Assembly: GCA_030390025.1 (NCBI GenBank) | Contig: CM059429.1 | Span: forward strand, 71,114,001-71,178,000 | Source of the DNA: Squalus acanthias | Lineage: Eukaryota | Direction: 5' to 3' | Length of the DNA stretch: 64,000 nucleotides | Shown here: piece after piece, positions 63,313-64,000 of the stretch | Position numbering within the stretch: position 1 is the first letter of the stretch | How the letters are laid out: every line of letters begins with the position of its first letter | Position numbers and translations under genes: made by a program | The notes under the pieces: generated by a model | Told to the model about the DNA's origin: nothing | The model's database searches: none | What the model saw: the letters and a program-made list of their open reading frames with translations, nothing else

Positions 63313-64000
63313 TGTGAGATGGGAAATTTATGCATGTGATAAGACAGGATCGGGCTTGCTTGTTAGCCCTGGTATAGTTGACTAACCTGTCGACACTCAC
63401 TATCTAGGCACAGACATGAGATTGGTTCCTACATTACAAAAGTGACTATACCTCAAAAAACTTTTTAATTGTCTGTAAAGCTTTGGGATGTCCATAGATT
63501 GTGAAAGGCGCTATATAAGTACAAGTTCCTATTTCTTTTCAATGTACAGCCCCCTGGTCTGTGAAGCTGAATGTTGCTGCTCTAAGTAATAAACAAGCCT
63601 CATTTGACTTAGGTGATCTCAGTGTGGGGGGTCGGGGGGAGAGAGGGGGCATGGTAGGGGTATGAAAGGTGCCCTAGGGATAAGGAGGGAACAATATCAG
63701 CCAGGGTTTCCATTATCTAGTGGCTCCTATTGGACTTGTGTGGTTGTCAGGATCGGCTTGGCTGTGATACTACTCACGGTTGAATAGTCTGCAGATACTC
63801 ACAGTCCGAGCTCACATGGGAAGAATGGGCGAAGTGGTGGAGGGCTGTCAGTGCTCGTGGGAATGAGCCCACTGAGGGTCAGAAGAGGAAGGGGAGACAG
63901 AGGGAGGGGCAGGAACAGAAAAGCTAAGGGAGTGTGTGGGGGCACATTTCATGACTGTGTGCCTGTTTCCTTGTCCGACAGTTCCTGCGGATGGTGGACG

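Noticed and set aside
53953-64000. Search for KLHL6 exon 3 (expected FLRMVDAC...); ORFs 54929-55393 and 55742-56299
   Set aside because: No BACK-domain translation was found. These ORFs have no recognisable homology and lie in degenerate repeat-like or intronic DNA.

Overview
Eukaryotic (vertebrate) genomic DNA. The repeat complement points to a cartilaginous fish, probably a shark: abundant CR1 LINEs, V-type and Deu-type tRNA SINEs, Penelope-like elements and Harbinger-like MITEs. Two kelch-like genes lie head-to-head. KLHL24 is on the - strand (CpG-island promoter ~13.15-13.32 kb; coding exons 9202-8283 and 7477-7293; later exons were not found and presumably lie left of the window). KLHL6 is on the + strand (coding exons ~42998-43257 and 53787-53952; later exons presumably lie right of the window). 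Most of the remainder is transposon-derived or minisatellite, and most of the supplied ORFs are repeat or antisense artefacts. The most interesting non-genic signals are: (i) two abundant tandem-repeat families (45-bp and 67-bp) that appear to be the amplified tRNA head and the amplified 3' region of one LF-SINE-like SINE; (ii) Penelope-derived hammerhead ribozyme cores, including a 222-bp TSD-flanked hairpin insertion with a core on each strand; (iii) a 1016-bp ERV-like solo LTR; (iv) Val in place of the disease-relevant Met29 of KLHL24; (v) a 5-kb G-rich sense-strand minisatellite in KLHL6 intron 1. I found no clearly new protein-coding system. Family assignments and human comparisons come from recalled sequences, not from searches.
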